A DNA stretch of 64,000 nt, taken from positions 11,656,001 through 11,720,000 of the forward strand of contig NC_043002.1 of assembly GCF_006345805.1 (NCBI RefSeq). Reading direction: 5' to 3'. This stretch comes from Octopus sinensis. Its lineage: Eukaryota. A program made the position numbers and the translations under genes. The notes below the pieces were generated by a model that saw nothing but the letters and a program-made list of their open reading frames with translations, did not search any database and was not told the origin of the DNA. Shown here piece after piece: positions 26,858-41,076 of this stretch (the stretch's first letter is position 1; every line of letters starts with the position of its first letter).

Positions 26858-27281
26858 ATATATGTATGTATGTAACGTATATATATATATGTATGTATAT
26901 ATATTATGTATGTATTGAATAAGGACATAAAGACAAAGTAACAATGGATTATTTAAGTAGATTATATATACACATTTACGTAAGCAGTCCGCCCCACAGA
27001 CTCACCACACACACACACACACACAGGCACACAACACTCCCCTCTCACTCACATTACACACACATCAATGTATAGAGGGAACTGTGTGTGAGCGCCAGTG
27101 TTTATGTATGTGTATCTATCTATCTATCTATCTATATCTATCTATCTATCTATCTATCTGTCTATCTGTCTATCTATCTATTTATCTCTCTCTCTCTCTA
27201 TATATATATTATATATACATATATATATACATATATACGCATTTATTCCCACGCAAACATTATATGTATATCTATATCCAC

Positions 27282-27314
<33 letters not shown>

Positions 27315-27319
27315 TTATC

Positions 27320-27350
<31 letters not shown>

Positions 27351-27377
27351 CTGTCTGTCTATCGGTCTGTCTGTCTG

Positions 27378-27410
<33 letters not shown>

Positions 27411-27819
27411 ATCTATCCACTTATCTAGTTTTCTATCTATCTATTTATATATCTATCTATCCCGCTCTCTATAAGTACATATGTATATACGTGTGTATGC
27501 ACGCATGCACGCGCACACACACGCATGCACACACACACACAACACACACACACAAATAATGATTGTGTCTATATATATGTATTGAACTAAATACAAGCCA
27601 ACTGTCACAGTTATGTGTACGAAGATAGATCCCTTGTGTTAGCATCGTTTTCAAGGGCATGAAACCGTGGCCGGGTATTTTGAAACCTGGTTGCAACCAG
27701 TACGTATTAAGAGTTACTTAATGTGTACTCCGCAATATAAAAGTCAGTGGTTCGAATCGATTTGAAGGCACCAGACACGGGAGCACTCCTATACATACAT
27801 ACATACATACATACATACA

Positions 27820-27851
<32 letters not shown>

Positions 27852-27869
27852 CATACCGGTCCTTCCTCC

Positions 27870-28085
27870 CTTCTTAACATACCATAGAACAACAGTCCGA
27901 CCGGGTTTTTAAACCTTTTTCTATTTGTCCACTCTCACAGACTATTTCTCATTTTAACCAATTCTATTCTGCAGTTCTTCGGATGAGGGACTCACGTCAG
28001 AAACGTTACGACATTTTCTCTCTCCACTAAAGTATTAAGCCATCTTATTTGTTAACACTTGTCCGTTTTGTGGTGGCGATATTTT
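27870..28085 (+). mobile_element. Probable pLTR fragment with degenerate hammerhead-like motif at 27980-28008
   Basis: CGGATGA-GGGAC-TCAC-GTCA-GAAACG-TT-A has two core/stem substitutions. It lies between TACA and TATG arrays. Confidence 0.35.
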
Positions 28086-28103
28086 TAGTGTTCACATATC
28101 CGT

Positions 28104-28588
28104 GTATGTATGTATGTATGTATGTATGTATGTATGTATGTATGTATGTATGTATGTATGTATGTATGTATGCATGTATATATGATTATATGTATGTAGT
28201 ATGTAGTATGTATGTATGTATGTATGTATGTATGTATGCATGTATGTATGTATGTATGTATGTATGTATGTATGTATGTATGTAGTATGTATGTATGTAT
28301 GCATGTATATATGTATATATGTATGTATGTATGTATGTATGCATGTATATGTATATATGTATGTATGTATGTATGTAGTATGTATGTATGTATGTAGTAT
28401 GCATGTATGTATTGTATGTATGTATGTATGTATGTATGTATGTATGTATGTATGTATGTATGCATGTATATATGTATATATGTATGTATGTATTGTATGT
28501 ATTATGTATGTATGTAGCAGTATATATGTATATGTATGTATGTATGTATGTAGTATGCATGTATATATGTATATGTATGTATGTATGT
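28104..28588. repeat. (TATG)n microsatellite
   Basis: Directly visible. Confidence 0.97.
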
Positions 28589-29118
28589 CATTGTTCAGTT
28601 TTAGTTCAAGATTTCTTGCCAATAGAGAAAGAGCCGGTATCTAACCTCAATAAGGTATTTTTGTATGTATGTATGTATGTATGTATGTATGTATGTATGT
28701 ATGCATATGTGCAGATTTGTATGGCTTGCTTTATGTATGCATCCTCATGCATATAGTTACATACCTGGACATGCTCATATATATTTAAATGATAAACTTC
28801 CGGAAAGTTTTACAGATTTTTACAGTTTCAGTGATGGACTGGATCTGTAGTCTTCGAATTAGCTTTCTCCCTTCTGGTTTTGAGAAGCCTAATTTCTCAA
28901 GATTCGTATTTAGACAGTGTGTTACATATCATAGGGCCCTAATAATTACAGGTATAAATCTGAATAGAGTAACTGCAGATTTCTCAATAGTTCAGCGTAG
29001 GTATCCTCTTTTTCACTGATCTTCAGCTTTATGTTAACATCTCCTGGGCACCAAATTTCCACAACTGTACACAGTTTCACTCCTCGATCTCAAATCATTA
29101 TATCAGGTCTGTTGTGCT
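28589..29118 (-). pseudogene. 3' end of an RLE-type non-LTR retrotransposon ending in (CATA)n
   Basis: QHNRPDIMI*DRGVKLCTVVEIWCPGDVNIKLKISEKEDTYAELLRNLQLLY..NTNLEKLGF..LIRRLQIQSITETVKICKTFRKFII* (RPD..E..K RLE motif). Confidence 0.75.
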
Positions 29119-29222
29119 GTGAGGTAGGTTCATCTGGGACTCTCGACAGGAAGAGGTCCAGCTTTGATTTAAAAACCCCTACATCTACTTTGTGCAAGTT
29201 CCTCAGAGTCTTTGGGAGAATA
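29119..29222 (-). pseudogene. CR1-like LINE C-terminal fragment fused in frame to the RLE fragment
   Basis: ILPKTLRNLHKVDVGVFKSKLDLFLSRVPDEPTS. Homologous to 55000-55105. Confidence 0.75.
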
Positions 29223-29773
29223 TCGTATGTATTGTATTAATATATATATCTATATATATATTTATATGTGTGAGCGCGCGTGTGTGTGTAAGAGTGTTCG
29301 CGCGCGCGCGCGTGTGTGTGTGTGTGTGTGTGCATATGTGTGTGCGTGCATGTGAGCATGTCATTGTTTTTCCCTCAACGTCTGACAATCGGTGTTGTCT
29401 CCAAGACTTACCGGTTGCAATAGTTTTTCAATTGATACTTAGATCGATCTGTTCGTCTATACTCATCGAAGCGATGCCTTACAAATGATACAATTCAATG
29501 TGACAGAAATAAGAGAATAAAAAACCTAATAACGAGGAAATACTGATGTCTTGCAATGCATCTACAAACATTTAATAATACCGATAAAATTTTGATATTA
29601 TTCATATTTGGTAAGGCAATATTGAAAATATAAATTAATCTCTAGTATTAGCTTTAATTAGCCAAAAAGATTTAGTATTTTTGGCATTTTTGACATCTTT
29701 TGGCATTTTTTTGGCTTCTGTTCTTGACAACAAATTCATCGCTTTTGAATATTTTAATTCGACAAAAGTCGAT

Positions 29774-29942
29774 GAGCTGGCAGAATCGTTCCAGCACCGG
29801 ACGAAACGCTTAGCGAAATTTCGTCTGTCTTTACGCTCTGTGTTCAAATTCCGACGGAGTTGACTTTCCTTTTCATCCTATGCAATCGATTTACCTCTAC
29901 CCTGCCAGAAATAGCTGATCTTCTGCTAAAATTTGAAACCAG
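29774..29942 (+). mobile_element. SINE family A, diverged, internally deleted
   Basis: GAGCTGGCAGAATCGTT..GTGTTCAAATTCCGACGGAGTTGACTTTCC. Confidence 0.7.
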
Positions 29943-30210
29943 TCTTACCATTCACCAACACACCATACGACATGCGCAAGTGCATATGCACAGGTTCATA
30001 CCTGTATGTATATGAACAGGGTGCGATGGGTAGATTGTCGCCATTTTATATATTTAATTTCCTGCATTGTTTGTTTTTTATTTTGTCGACTACACAGTAT
30101 AGTAGGGTCAGTTGGACACCGTCTAAGAGAAAAACAGTACCATGACGCAAGTCACTCAGCCAGGATTTCGAATCGACATATTATGAGGGCAGTGCAATCT
30201 GTGGACAGAT

Positions 30211-30397
30211 AATAACTAGTGATGGCGACGTTATGCCTCCATTCATCTTCCCACATGGCCTCAGACTCAACACAGAGGCCTAAATCAAGTGCCTGGAGGA
30301 AGAAATGCTGTCCTGGGTCAAGAGGGTGGATGCTGGAAGACCCTATGTCTGGCAACAGGGCGCTGTACCATGCCACACAAACAGGCGAACTCAGTAC
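30211..30397 (+). pseudogene. Tc1/mariner maT (DD37D-like) transposase fragment
   Basis: ITSDGDVMPPFIFPHGLRLNTEA*IKCLEE..LSWVKRVDAGRPYVWQQ..VPCHT. Confidence 0.65.
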
Positions 30398-31134
30398 AGG
30401 GGAATAGAATGGACCAACATGAAACGAAGTGAAAGAAAACAATGCACCGCCGAGTCCGAGAATGGAAACCTCAATCTTGCGATCTAGGTCACGTCCCTTC
30501 ATCTGCGTTTAAAATCGTGGGCGATTAAAGGTAAGAGGCTTCACATTCGTTCAGGCCTTGTATCTCTGAACACGTGTGGATATAAGGTGTCAATGTGTGA
30601 GGCGAACGAAATCTTCTGTATTCTGTTGGATACACGTAATGCTTTATAATTACAAATACATTACCCTGCATATTTGCATCGTGTGTTATATTATTTCGAT
30701 ATTGCAGTGGCTAAATTATCAAGAACGTTACGTTATATTCTCACCCTTTCGTACAACATGTATATTGTGCGTCATGATATCGATTCAACGACTTGTTATA
30801 TAGATACGACACTTGTTGTAAAGATCAAGGTATCGGTTCAATAAAGTGTTTCAACACGCATATTATATGTTCAGCCTTCGTTTCAACGATTTGTAATATG
30901 TAAATAGAACAGACATATTCTATACCGAGATATCATTCCAACAGACTGAGAAATACATATGCTCAACATATGTCGGGCGAACGGAATACTGAAAGAAAAT
31001 AAATATAAATTGCGTTACCGCGTATAGATTTTATACGATTTAGACTAATCCACCAAAAACATACTAACTCCTTCAGATATATTCAATATCAGGAAACTAC
31101 TGGAGAAGGCGATGGACGAACGAAAACAGCCCAT

Positions 31135-31500
31135 TTTTATCGCCGCCTTAACGAAGGCGTGGTATTGTTTTCGGTCATGTTTGTTTTCCCGTGGACAAGA
31201 TATCTCAAGAACCGTTGAATAGATTCGGATGAAACTTTCACGAATGTTTGGCCTTATGACTGGCACGAACTGACCAGATTTTGGGATTGATCCGGTTTCG
31301 GACAAGGATTCTGGATTATTTTTCCCGTTGTGCTTTTAGTTAATGTTTGAAAGCGGTCGGGTTCATTTTTAGTATTCTCGTTTGTGAGAGCGGTCGAGTT
31401 TATTTCAGATATCCTCATTTTAAAATTCACCTCCCGCTAATCGTTGAGAGAACGTTGGTATTGCCTTGGCGTAGGTTTGCGTTCTCTGAGTGCTCTTGTT
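31135..31500 (+). mobile_element. Non-autonomous Helentron-type element (HINE/DINE-1-like)
   Basis: 5' end after a T-run with palindrome GCCTT-AACG-AAGGC. 3' end CCTTGGCGTAGGTTT followed by hairpin GCGTTC-TCT-GAGTGC and TT, the usual HINE end architecture. Confidence 0.6.
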
Positions 31501-31778
31501 TTTAACTTTGATTTAAGGGACACGTGTCGTATATCTATTGTATCAAAAAAGGGAACACACCCCGAGAATTAAATCTTTAGAACCTTTTGAATTCAACACC
31601 AGTGAATTAATAACGAGAGTTAAAATCGTTTACGTTATAGTAAAATTTTCTAAAACGCGCCTTGTGCATAACAATACTAAACTGGAGATCCTTCAAAGTG
31701 AAATTTTTTCAGGCTAAATTGGAAATATTCAATAGCTAAGGAAAAATACAGGATAGAGAAACAGACAAAAGTAAATAT

Positions 31779-32190
31779 AGGCGCAGGAGTGGCTGTGTGG
31801 TAAGTAGCTTGTTTACAACCACATGGTTCCGGGTTCAGTCCCACAGCGTGGCATCTTGGGCAAGTGTCTTCTACTATAGCCTCGGGCCGACCAAAGCCTT
31901 GTGAGTGGATTTGGTAGACAGAAACTGAAAGAAGCCCGTCGTATATATGTATATATATATATATATGCGCGTGTGTGTTTGTGTGTCTATGTTTGTCCCC
32001 CTAGCATTACTTGACAACCGATGCTGGTGTATTTATGTCCCCGTTACTTAGCGGTTTCGCAAAAGAGACCTGATAGAATAAGTACTGGGCTTACAAAAGA
32101 ATAAGTCCCGGGGTCGAGTTGCTCGATTAAAGGCGGTGCTCCACCATGGCCGCAGTCAAATGACTGAAACAAGTAAAAGAGTAAAAGAGT
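31779..32190 (+). mobile_element. SINE family B, full length
   Basis: AGGCGCAGGAGTGGCTGTGTGG head, GGGTTCAGTCCC B-box-like, tail ..ATGGCCGCAGTCAAATGACTGAAACAAGTAAAAGAGTAAAAGAG. Confidence 0.92.
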
Positions 32191-32470
32191 ATAGCACAAT
32201 TATATAGATTTATCATTTACTTGTTTCATTGGACCGAGATCATGCTGGGGTGCCACCCTGAAGGGTTTAGTCGAATAAATCGACCCTGCTGCTTAATTTT
32301 AAGTTTGGTATTTATTCTATAGACACCTTTTGCCGAACTGCTAAGTTACAGCGAGGTAAAAGTGACTAAAATCCCAACACACACCTGGATTGGACGCTAG
32401 CCCGTCACAAGTTTACTCACTTACTGCTGAGCGGAATGGAACAACGTGAAATAAACTTCATACCATTACA

Positions 32471-32668
32471 AAAGCTATAAATCTAACAAAACCTCAACTC
32501 CAGTGCTACAACCCGACTTCAAACCGATTCTCGTGCCGTAAGTTGACCATAGATCAACTCATCCGTTTTAACTTCATCTTACACTAAGTCGAGTGCTATA
32601 ACCTGACCTCGCCTTCATATCAGTCCTACAATCTGACCTCAAACCACTTAGAGCATCGCAATCTGACA
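32471..32668. repeat. Degenerate 30-nt-period minisatellite
   Basis: AGTGCTACAACCCGACTTC-like units start at 32472, 32502, 32532, 32562, 32592, 32622 and about 32651. Confidence 0.6.
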
Positions 32669-32721
32669 AAAATATTAATGGGGTAAAATTATCAAATAGA
32701 ACCACTGACTGTGGTAGCTGC

Positions 32722-32774
<53 letters not shown>

Positions 32775-32947
32775 GCTGCTGCTGCTGCTACTGCTGCTGC
32801 GGCTGCTACTGCTGCCAGCACCATCAATCGTATAATGACAGCGTCTGTATCTTATTTAAATTGTTCTTAAGACGGTTTTCTTTTCAAGGTAGCACATCTC
32901 GTTCGTTATATTGTCGTTTTTTCTTTTTCTTTTATTATTTTCCGTTA

Positions 32948-33130
32948 TTTTTTTTTTACTGTTTTAGTCATTGGACTGCGGCCATGCTGGGCACCGCATT
33001 GAAGTGTTTAATCGAACAAATCGACACCCGGTACTCAGTTTAAAAGTCTAGAACTTATTCTGTCTGTTTATTTAGTTTAAGTTTACGGGGAGGTAAATAG
33101 AACAACACCGGTTTTCAATTAGTGGTAGAA
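32948..33130 (-). mobile_element. SINE family B 3' half
   Basis: CAGTCATTGGACTGCGGCCATGCTGGGCACCGC.. Confidence 0.7.
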
Positions 33131-33602
33131 GCCAAGTATAACCACAAAAACACACAGACGTATATACGTACATATATATATACATACATACATATATATA
33201 TATATATACATGTACATAAATATATATATATGAAAGAAGATTTGAAAATGCAATTTTAAAAGATGTTTATTTACTTTACCGGTTTCACTTTTTAGAAAAA
33301 GATTGTCAAAAGTAACATGTAAAAGTTTGGTTGTGTTAATTATTGGTTGTCACAAAATGCTATAATACATATATATACCTTCTTTGGTAACAAGAACATG
33401 TTACATGGTCCAACATGGTGCACCTGGTCAGTTTGAGCTTCCCTACTATTATAATGTAAACTTTTTTGAACTCATAATATTCTGTGCGTGTATACCAATA
33501 TTCCACTGAACTTTTTAATAAATCCTTCTGGAAACTATCTTTAACATTTTCTTGAGAATTTATATATATATGTTGTAATCTTTTTGCCCAATATTTTAAT
33601 GA

Positions 33603-33685
33603 AGTGTCTTCAACTATTGCCGCCTCGGGCCGATCAAAGACTTATGAGTGGATTTGTTTGACGGAAACTGAAAGAAGCCCGTCGC

Positions 33686-33740
<55 letters not shown>

Positions 33741-33940
33741 GTTTGTATTTGCGTGTCCGTTTGTCCCCCATCACCGTCGTGTGACAACAGAGGTTGGTGA
33801 GTATATGTCGCCGTAATTTAGCGGTTCGGCAAAACACCCCGGTTGAGTAAGTGCTAGGCTTACAAGAATAAGACTTGGAGTTGATTTGTTCGACTAAAGG
33901 CAGTGCTCCAGCATGACTGAAACAAATAAAACAATAAAAA
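33603..33940 (+). mobile_element. SINE family B, 5'-truncated
   Basis: AAGTGTCTTCAACTATTGCCGCCTCGGGCCGA..GGCAGTGCTCCAGCATGACTGAAAC. Confidence 0.8.
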
Positions 33941-33942
33941 GA

Positions 33943-33976
<34 letters not shown>

Positions 33977-34329
33977 TAATATATAATATACATACATTTA
34001 GTGTGTGTGTGTACATATGCATTTATATAAACTTACATATTTATATACATAGGTAAAGCACAACACATAGATGAACAGAAGCACTTTCTTACATGCACAA
34101 TCGTGTTTAGATCCATTAACCATTTATCCATCCATCCATCTATCTATCCATCCATCCATCCATCCATCCATCCAACTCTCCGTCCACGACCACAAAATTT
34201 CTGTCGACTAAATTCCAATGAAAGAGTCTTCTTTTGAATTTGGTAACAGGCTTTCTCTCAGAAATTTTAAAATTGAAGTTAGAAAATCACACATACACAG
34301 ATATACATGCGCACACACAAATATACATA

Positions 34330-34446
34330 TATATTTATTTAACATAAATTCATATATAAATATATATATATATATAAACATGTATATATAGATATATATA
34401 CATCATATATATATAAATATATATATATATGTATGTATGTATAATA

Positions 34447-34506
<60 letters not shown>

Positions 34507-34655
34507 TTATATATATATATAATATATATACCCACATATATATATAATATATATATATATACACCTATATTATATGCAATAGAATATACACATATATATA
34601 GAATATATATATACACATAATATAATATGCCATATATATACATATTTATATATAC

Positions 34656-34686
<31 letters not shown>

Positions 34687-34753
34687 GCATATATATACAC
34701 ATATATATGTGCCTTGATATATATATATATATTATACATTTATATGTATATGT

Positions 34754-34792
<39 letters not shown>

Positions 34793-34800
34793 CACACCAT
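34330..34800. repeat. (TA)n-rich microsatellite
   Basis: Directly visible. Confidence 0.95.
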
Positions 34801-36504
34801 ACACACACATATATTTCATACAATGATGCATATAATTTTATTAATATTATTATATTATTATAATATTATTATAACCTGCAAACTAGACAGCTTTCAGTTT
34901 CGCTCTGTTTCGAATTCCGATACATTACATATTTATTTTGTGCAAGAACGTGTGTTATTGTGTTTGTGCACATGCGTTGTGAGAGTGTGTACATGTGTGC
35001 GTGCGTCCGTGTATAGGTATGTAAACTGTGTATGGGTGTTTATAAGAAAACAGCTCTATGTCAGCTTAGTATATCGAGACAACAAAGTGTTTCTCTGTAT
35101 ACATATATGCATGTTTTTACTTCTAAGATAAGTTGTCTATGACGGTGTTTGACCAAGATTAGCTTATAACGAAACTACACCAACACCATCACCATCACCA
35201 TCAACAACAACAATAACAGCCACAAAAACACTAATAACAGCCAACCCCACTCAGCCACCCAAACAACAGCTATGATAGCCCCATCACACACATATACATC
35301 ATTATCACTGGCGCCACCAAAATAATCACCATCATCCGTCCGCCCCGATATCTCCTCCACCATTGCGGCGTTTACGGCATAAACAAGGCAAGATTAAGTC
35401 GCCTTAATACTCATGAAAGTGTTCAGACCTTTTAACATGGCCAAAATATCTTACGACGTTTTTCCTTGCTTGAACAGAATCGATGAAAGCTTTACGCCTT
35501 TACCAACAGCCCTATCAATAAAGTCTCGTTTTTGTTGAAGGGGATTCAAAGCATTGAGAAAAGGACGATAATCAGGAACAGAGCAGATTAAGGAACAGAA
35601 TTCAAGAGAGAAAAAAATAAATAATAATAAACAACAACAAACAAAGAAACAGAGGAAAACAAAGGAAAAAATAGGATAAGGAAAGGAAAATACAAAAAAA
35701 AAAAAAGAAAAACGAACAAGAAAGAGCAAATATAAAAATACAATTAAAAATACAACAACTACATCAACATCAAAATAAAGCAAATATATGAATGAAGCAA
35801 TGAACCACGAGAATGGAATATAGATATGCAATATGGCGGAAGATGGATAGGGATTGACAGATGAGGGGATAGATAGAAATATATATTGATAGAGAGATAG
35901 ATATCTAGTTAGCTAGATAGTTTTAATATGCGCATATATATAAATATAGAAATATATATAGATATATAAATATATATAAATATATATAAATATATATAAA
36001 TATATATATATGTATATAAATATATATATGTAAATATATATATATGTATATATATGTATATATATACATTCATATACATATATATATATATATGCATATA
36101 TATATTGAGAGAGAGAGAGGGCTAGTTCCTTATATAGATTGGTGTTGGGGTTATAGAGAGATGGAGAAGGAGAGAGGAGAAAGATAGAGTGATCGATAAT
36201 GCAAGAGGGGGATATGTGTGTGTATGTGTGTGTGCACATATATATATATATATATATATATATGCATGTATGTATGCATGTATGTATGCATTAATGTATA
36301 TATGAGTATATATGTGTGATATATATATATGATGATAATCAGCAAATGAAACCCGATACATATATATTTAGAATTATAGATTAAGTCAACCAGCACCCCA
36401 CCACAATACAAAGACATATGTATGTATGTGTGTGTGTGTATTTGTGTTCGCATGTGTGTGTCTCTGTGTGTATGTATGTAACGAGAGAGAAGGAGAGAAG
36501 GAGA

Positions 36505-36545
<41 letters not shown>

Positions 36546-36997
36546 GAAGGAGAAACAATGGGACAAAGACCGAGAACAAGTGAAAGGAAAGATAGAGGTG
36601 AATAGATAGAAATTACGAGATACAGCAAAGAGAGGAACATAGAAAATAAAATTTAGAAAGAAAAATGGACGTGATGACGAATAGATAGAGAGGTAGAAAC
36701 GAGGGGAGGGGTAAAGAAGTGAAAGAACAAAAAAAAGAAAAAAAGAAATCCGAAGGAGATAGAGAAGAAACAAGAGAAAAAAAGAAGAGGAGAGAAAAAT
36801 GTGAAGAAGAGAGACAAAGAAAATTAGAAAACTTAGTAATAGACAGAATAATACACGTACATATGTATATTTGTGAGTGCGTGCATATATATCATCATAC
36901 TACAATACATACATACACACACCCACAACACACACACACACATATATTATACCATATATTATATGCTATATAATAATATATAAATATATGTTATATA

Positions 36998-37038
<41 letters not shown>

Positions 37039-37348
37039 ACGTATATACATTTATATAATATCTAATATACCAAGTATATACGTTTTTTATTATAATATGT
37101 TTTTTTGGCATTTACTTAAATCTCATTATTATAAATTTTAATTTGTTTATTAGTGATAGTTACTAATATTTCTATTATTTAATTTTCTAGATGGTAAATA
37201 ATTATGGAATTGTACATTTTTAATTGATAAGGTGGTTTTTTTTCTAATTTTATATATATTATATAGTGCGAAATTTGATTTCGTATCTCTAAATTGAAAT
37301 TTTTTTTTTTCCCTGTAAGTTTGGTTTATATTCCCTTAAATATATTAT

Positions 37349-37400
<52 letters not shown>

Positions 37401-37747
37401 TTAATATATATAAAATATTATATAATATATGTATATTGTATACAGTGTACATTTAAACACATAAGAAGTATCAATCATGGATTCCTTGCACGCTAGAAAG
37501 GACAGTTTAAATTTTCAAACCACTATTTGGGATAAAGTTTAGAAGGGAATGAGAAATAAAAACATTTACCATCTAACTCCTGGACCAATGGTTTCAGACT
37601 TTTTTTTAGCAAATAAAATAATTTCCCAGGCAAATAATATATAGTCTATTGACTAAATTTTATTACACGCTAGGCCACTAGTAATGAAAATTTCAAATAT
37701 TTCTGATTGCCCTTTGATATGCATATATAATAATATTATTAATAATG

Positions 37748-37794
<47 letters not shown>

Positions 37795-37949
37795 TTAAAA
37801 AAACAAATGAACGAACTATTGAGTTTGGTTTAATGGCCTACCAATGTATACTATGAGTTTCTTTGCCCTAGGAGTCGGGAAAACACTCGGCAAGAAATGG
37901 AAGCAAATTTGAAAGAAGAAAAAAAAAGTAATAATAATAATAATAATAA

Positions 37950-38285
37950 TACCTGTTGTCATAGGTGGCCTAGTGGCAAAAGTGGCTGATTGGTACCTAG
38001 CTCAGATACCAGGAAACCCCAAAATGGCAGAAATTCAAAAGGTAGTACTCATGGAAACTGCCCCTATCCTACGTAAAATACTATCTGCGTAATCTCAAAT
38101 TTTAAACAAACTCATACTTTTCTTATGGTCTCTTAAACATTATCTAGAACAATACTATATACAAAACCAAATATATGGCACCCTAAGCATAACACCAACA
38201 TGAACTTCTAACTTGTTCTCCCTTAATGTCTCTGGGTGAAAATTGGAGCCAACTTGTACAAATACAAAGCAAAAGTTAAGCAAAT
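37950..38285 (+). pseudogene. 3' end of a third R4/Dong-like RLE family between (TAA)n arrays
   Basis: IPVVIGGLV..YLAQIPGNPKMAEIQKVVLMETAPILRKILSA*, then a 3' UTR running into (AAT)n. Confidence 0.7.
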
Positions 38286-38300
38286 GATAATAATCATAAT

Positions 38301-38353
<53 letters not shown>

Positions 38354-38365
38354 TAATAATAATAA

Positions 38366-38911
38366 ATACCCTGGTGCAGTACCAGGCAGTGGCACTTGTG
38401 GCTTCTGATTGGAAGTGTTATCATGTACATGGTTATGTCTTGGAATAAAACATAGGCCACAGCAATTATTCTGTTCAATGCCACAGATTTGCTTGTCAGT
38501 TGTTTGACTTTAACCAGTTGAGCATGTCCCTTAGTGGCTGACGATATGTGCATCTCTGATCACGAGCAGAAGTAGTGGTGGAGCATCATAGCCATGTGTT
38601 GAGAGGGATTCTTTGGGGTTTGAATAATTCACCTCTGGAGACATGGGTGGGTTTTTCAACATCCTTAAACAATCCTTATTCAGGGACCGTTTGAGCGGGA
38701 TGGGCTACTCAGCCAGAAGAAAATTCTAACTGGGCACCACCTGCAAGGTCCTGTGCTGTTTATCTTGATATAGGATCACCATGTCACGCACATTTGGTTG
38801 TGATGCATGTGCCTGGTGTACCCTTATCAGACGGGTAGTCATGATGGGTATACTGGGCTTCGTATGTTTTACCCCAGGGTCACTTTGATGGCATGCACTG
38901 CTCTCTCAGTC
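38366..38911 (+). mobile_element. Non-coding 546-bp element bracketed by (TAA)n arrays, family unassigned
   Basis: Sharp boundaries with TAA arrays on both sides and GC-richer than the flanks. No ORF motif. 5' hairpin CCTGGT-GCAGT-ACCAGG. Confidence 0.5.
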
Positions 38912-38954
<43 letters not shown>

Positions 38955-38976
38955 TTAATAATAATAATAATAATAA

Positions 38977-39230
38977 TATTTTCTACTCTAGGCACAAGAA
39001 TCGAAATTTGGGGAGACGGGCTAGTCGATTAGATCGACACAGTAAGCAAATGGTACTTAATTTATCGACCCCGAAAGGATGAAGAGTACATTGACTTCGG
39101 CGGGATTTGAACTCAGAACGTAAAGGCAAACGGAATACCACTAAGCCTTTCACCAGTTGTATTCGACTAAATTCGGTGCTCCAGCATGGTCACAGTCAAA
39201 GGACTGAAACAAATAAAGGAATAAAAGAAT
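38977..39230 (-). mobile_element. SINE family A fragment joined to a SINE B 3' tail fragment
   Basis: Family A body about 38977-39150; GGTGCTCCAGCATGGTCACAGTCAAAGGACTGAAAC (plus) at about 39175-39210. Confidence 0.65.
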
Positions 39231-39321
39231 ATATGCATGCATGTATGTATGTATGTATGTATGTATGTATGTATGTATGTACGTATGTATGTATGTATAT
39301 ATATGTACATTTATTAGTATA

Positions 39322-39373
<52 letters not shown>

Positions 39374-39591
39374 TGTGTGTGTGTGTGGTGTGTGTACACA
39401 CAGATACATGTATATACATACCTACACCCCCCCCCCACACACACACACACAAACATTTACATGTGTACGTTCACAGGGAGAATGTCTAGTAGAACAGAAG
39501 GAGTGAGATAGAGAGAAGGATGAAGAGAGAGTGAGAGAGGGAGAGGGGGAGGGAGTCACGGAGAGAGAGTGAGAGATGGAAAGAGATGCAG

Positions 39592-39629
<38 letters not shown>

Positions 39630-39859
39630 ATGTGTGTATGTGTGTGTGTGTGTGTGTTGTGGCGGGGAACAGACAGAGATAGGAGAAAATAGGGGAAAGA
39701 TACCAAAATTAAGGGAGTAAGAAACATAATGTTGAAGATATACAGGGAAAGAGATCAATATATGTGTGTGTGTGTGTCTGTGTATACACACATATATATA
39801 TATATACAAATATATATATATATACACAAATATATATATATATACAAATATATATATAT

Positions 39860-39901
<42 letters not shown>

Positions 39902-40022
39902 TACAAAGAAATATATATACGTGTATATTATATATGAAAATATATATTATATATATGTGCGTATATAAGTACATATATCTATGTATGTGTATATATATGT
40001 ATGTATATGTATATTTATTATG

Positions 40023-40053
<31 letters not shown>

Positions 40054-40126
40054 TTTAGTATGTATATATTTCTCTCTCTCCATAAAACGGATAGAGAGAT
40101 AGATCGATATAAAGATAAAAAAACTT

Positions 40127-40182
<56 letters not shown>

Positions 40183-40326
40183 GGGCGAGAGGCGGTATGG
40201 AAGGAAAATTGGGGAAAGGCAGAGGAAGAGAAAAAAGGAATAAAAGGTAAGAGATATAAGGGTTAAGTGAATGAGAAGAGATAAGATGTTGAAGGGGAAC
40301 ATTTGTGTGTGTGTGTATACAAAACG

Positions 40327-40357
<31 letters not shown>

Positions 40358-40615
40358 ACATACACACACACACACGTATCAAGATAATATTCATACTTGC
40401 AAACAAACACACACACATCTATATATTATGAATAATATCCACATACATAATCATACAGACATATACGCACATGTATATATGTGTATATATATGTATATGT
40501 ATCTATACATACTACATATATATATGAATATGCATATTACCCCATGTTAGCGAAGTGACTGTAGATTAAGAAAGATATATACATACATGCATATATACAT
40601 ACGTATATATGTATG

Positions 40616-40671
<56 letters not shown>

Positions 40672-40672
40672 G

Positions 40673-40730
<58 letters not shown>

Positions 40731-40759
40731 GTATATATATACATATATACATATATATA

Positions 40760-40795
<36 letters not shown>

Positions 40796-40998
40796 TGCGT
40801 GTGTGTGAGTGCACATATGTGCATATCACCCTATGCTAGCTAAGTGACTGGAGATTAAGAAAGATATATACATACATGCATACGTAATATATATACATAT
40901 ATATATATGTATATATATATAGTATATTGTATATATGTTATATATATTAATGTATATATATAGATGTATATATATATATATGATATAGATATATAAGA

Positions 40999-41076
<78 letters not shown>

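Noticed and set aside
32471-32668. CRISPR-like repeat-spacer pattern
   Set aside because: Units are contiguous, degenerate 30-mers with no unique spacers, there are no cas genes, and the context is eukaryotic.
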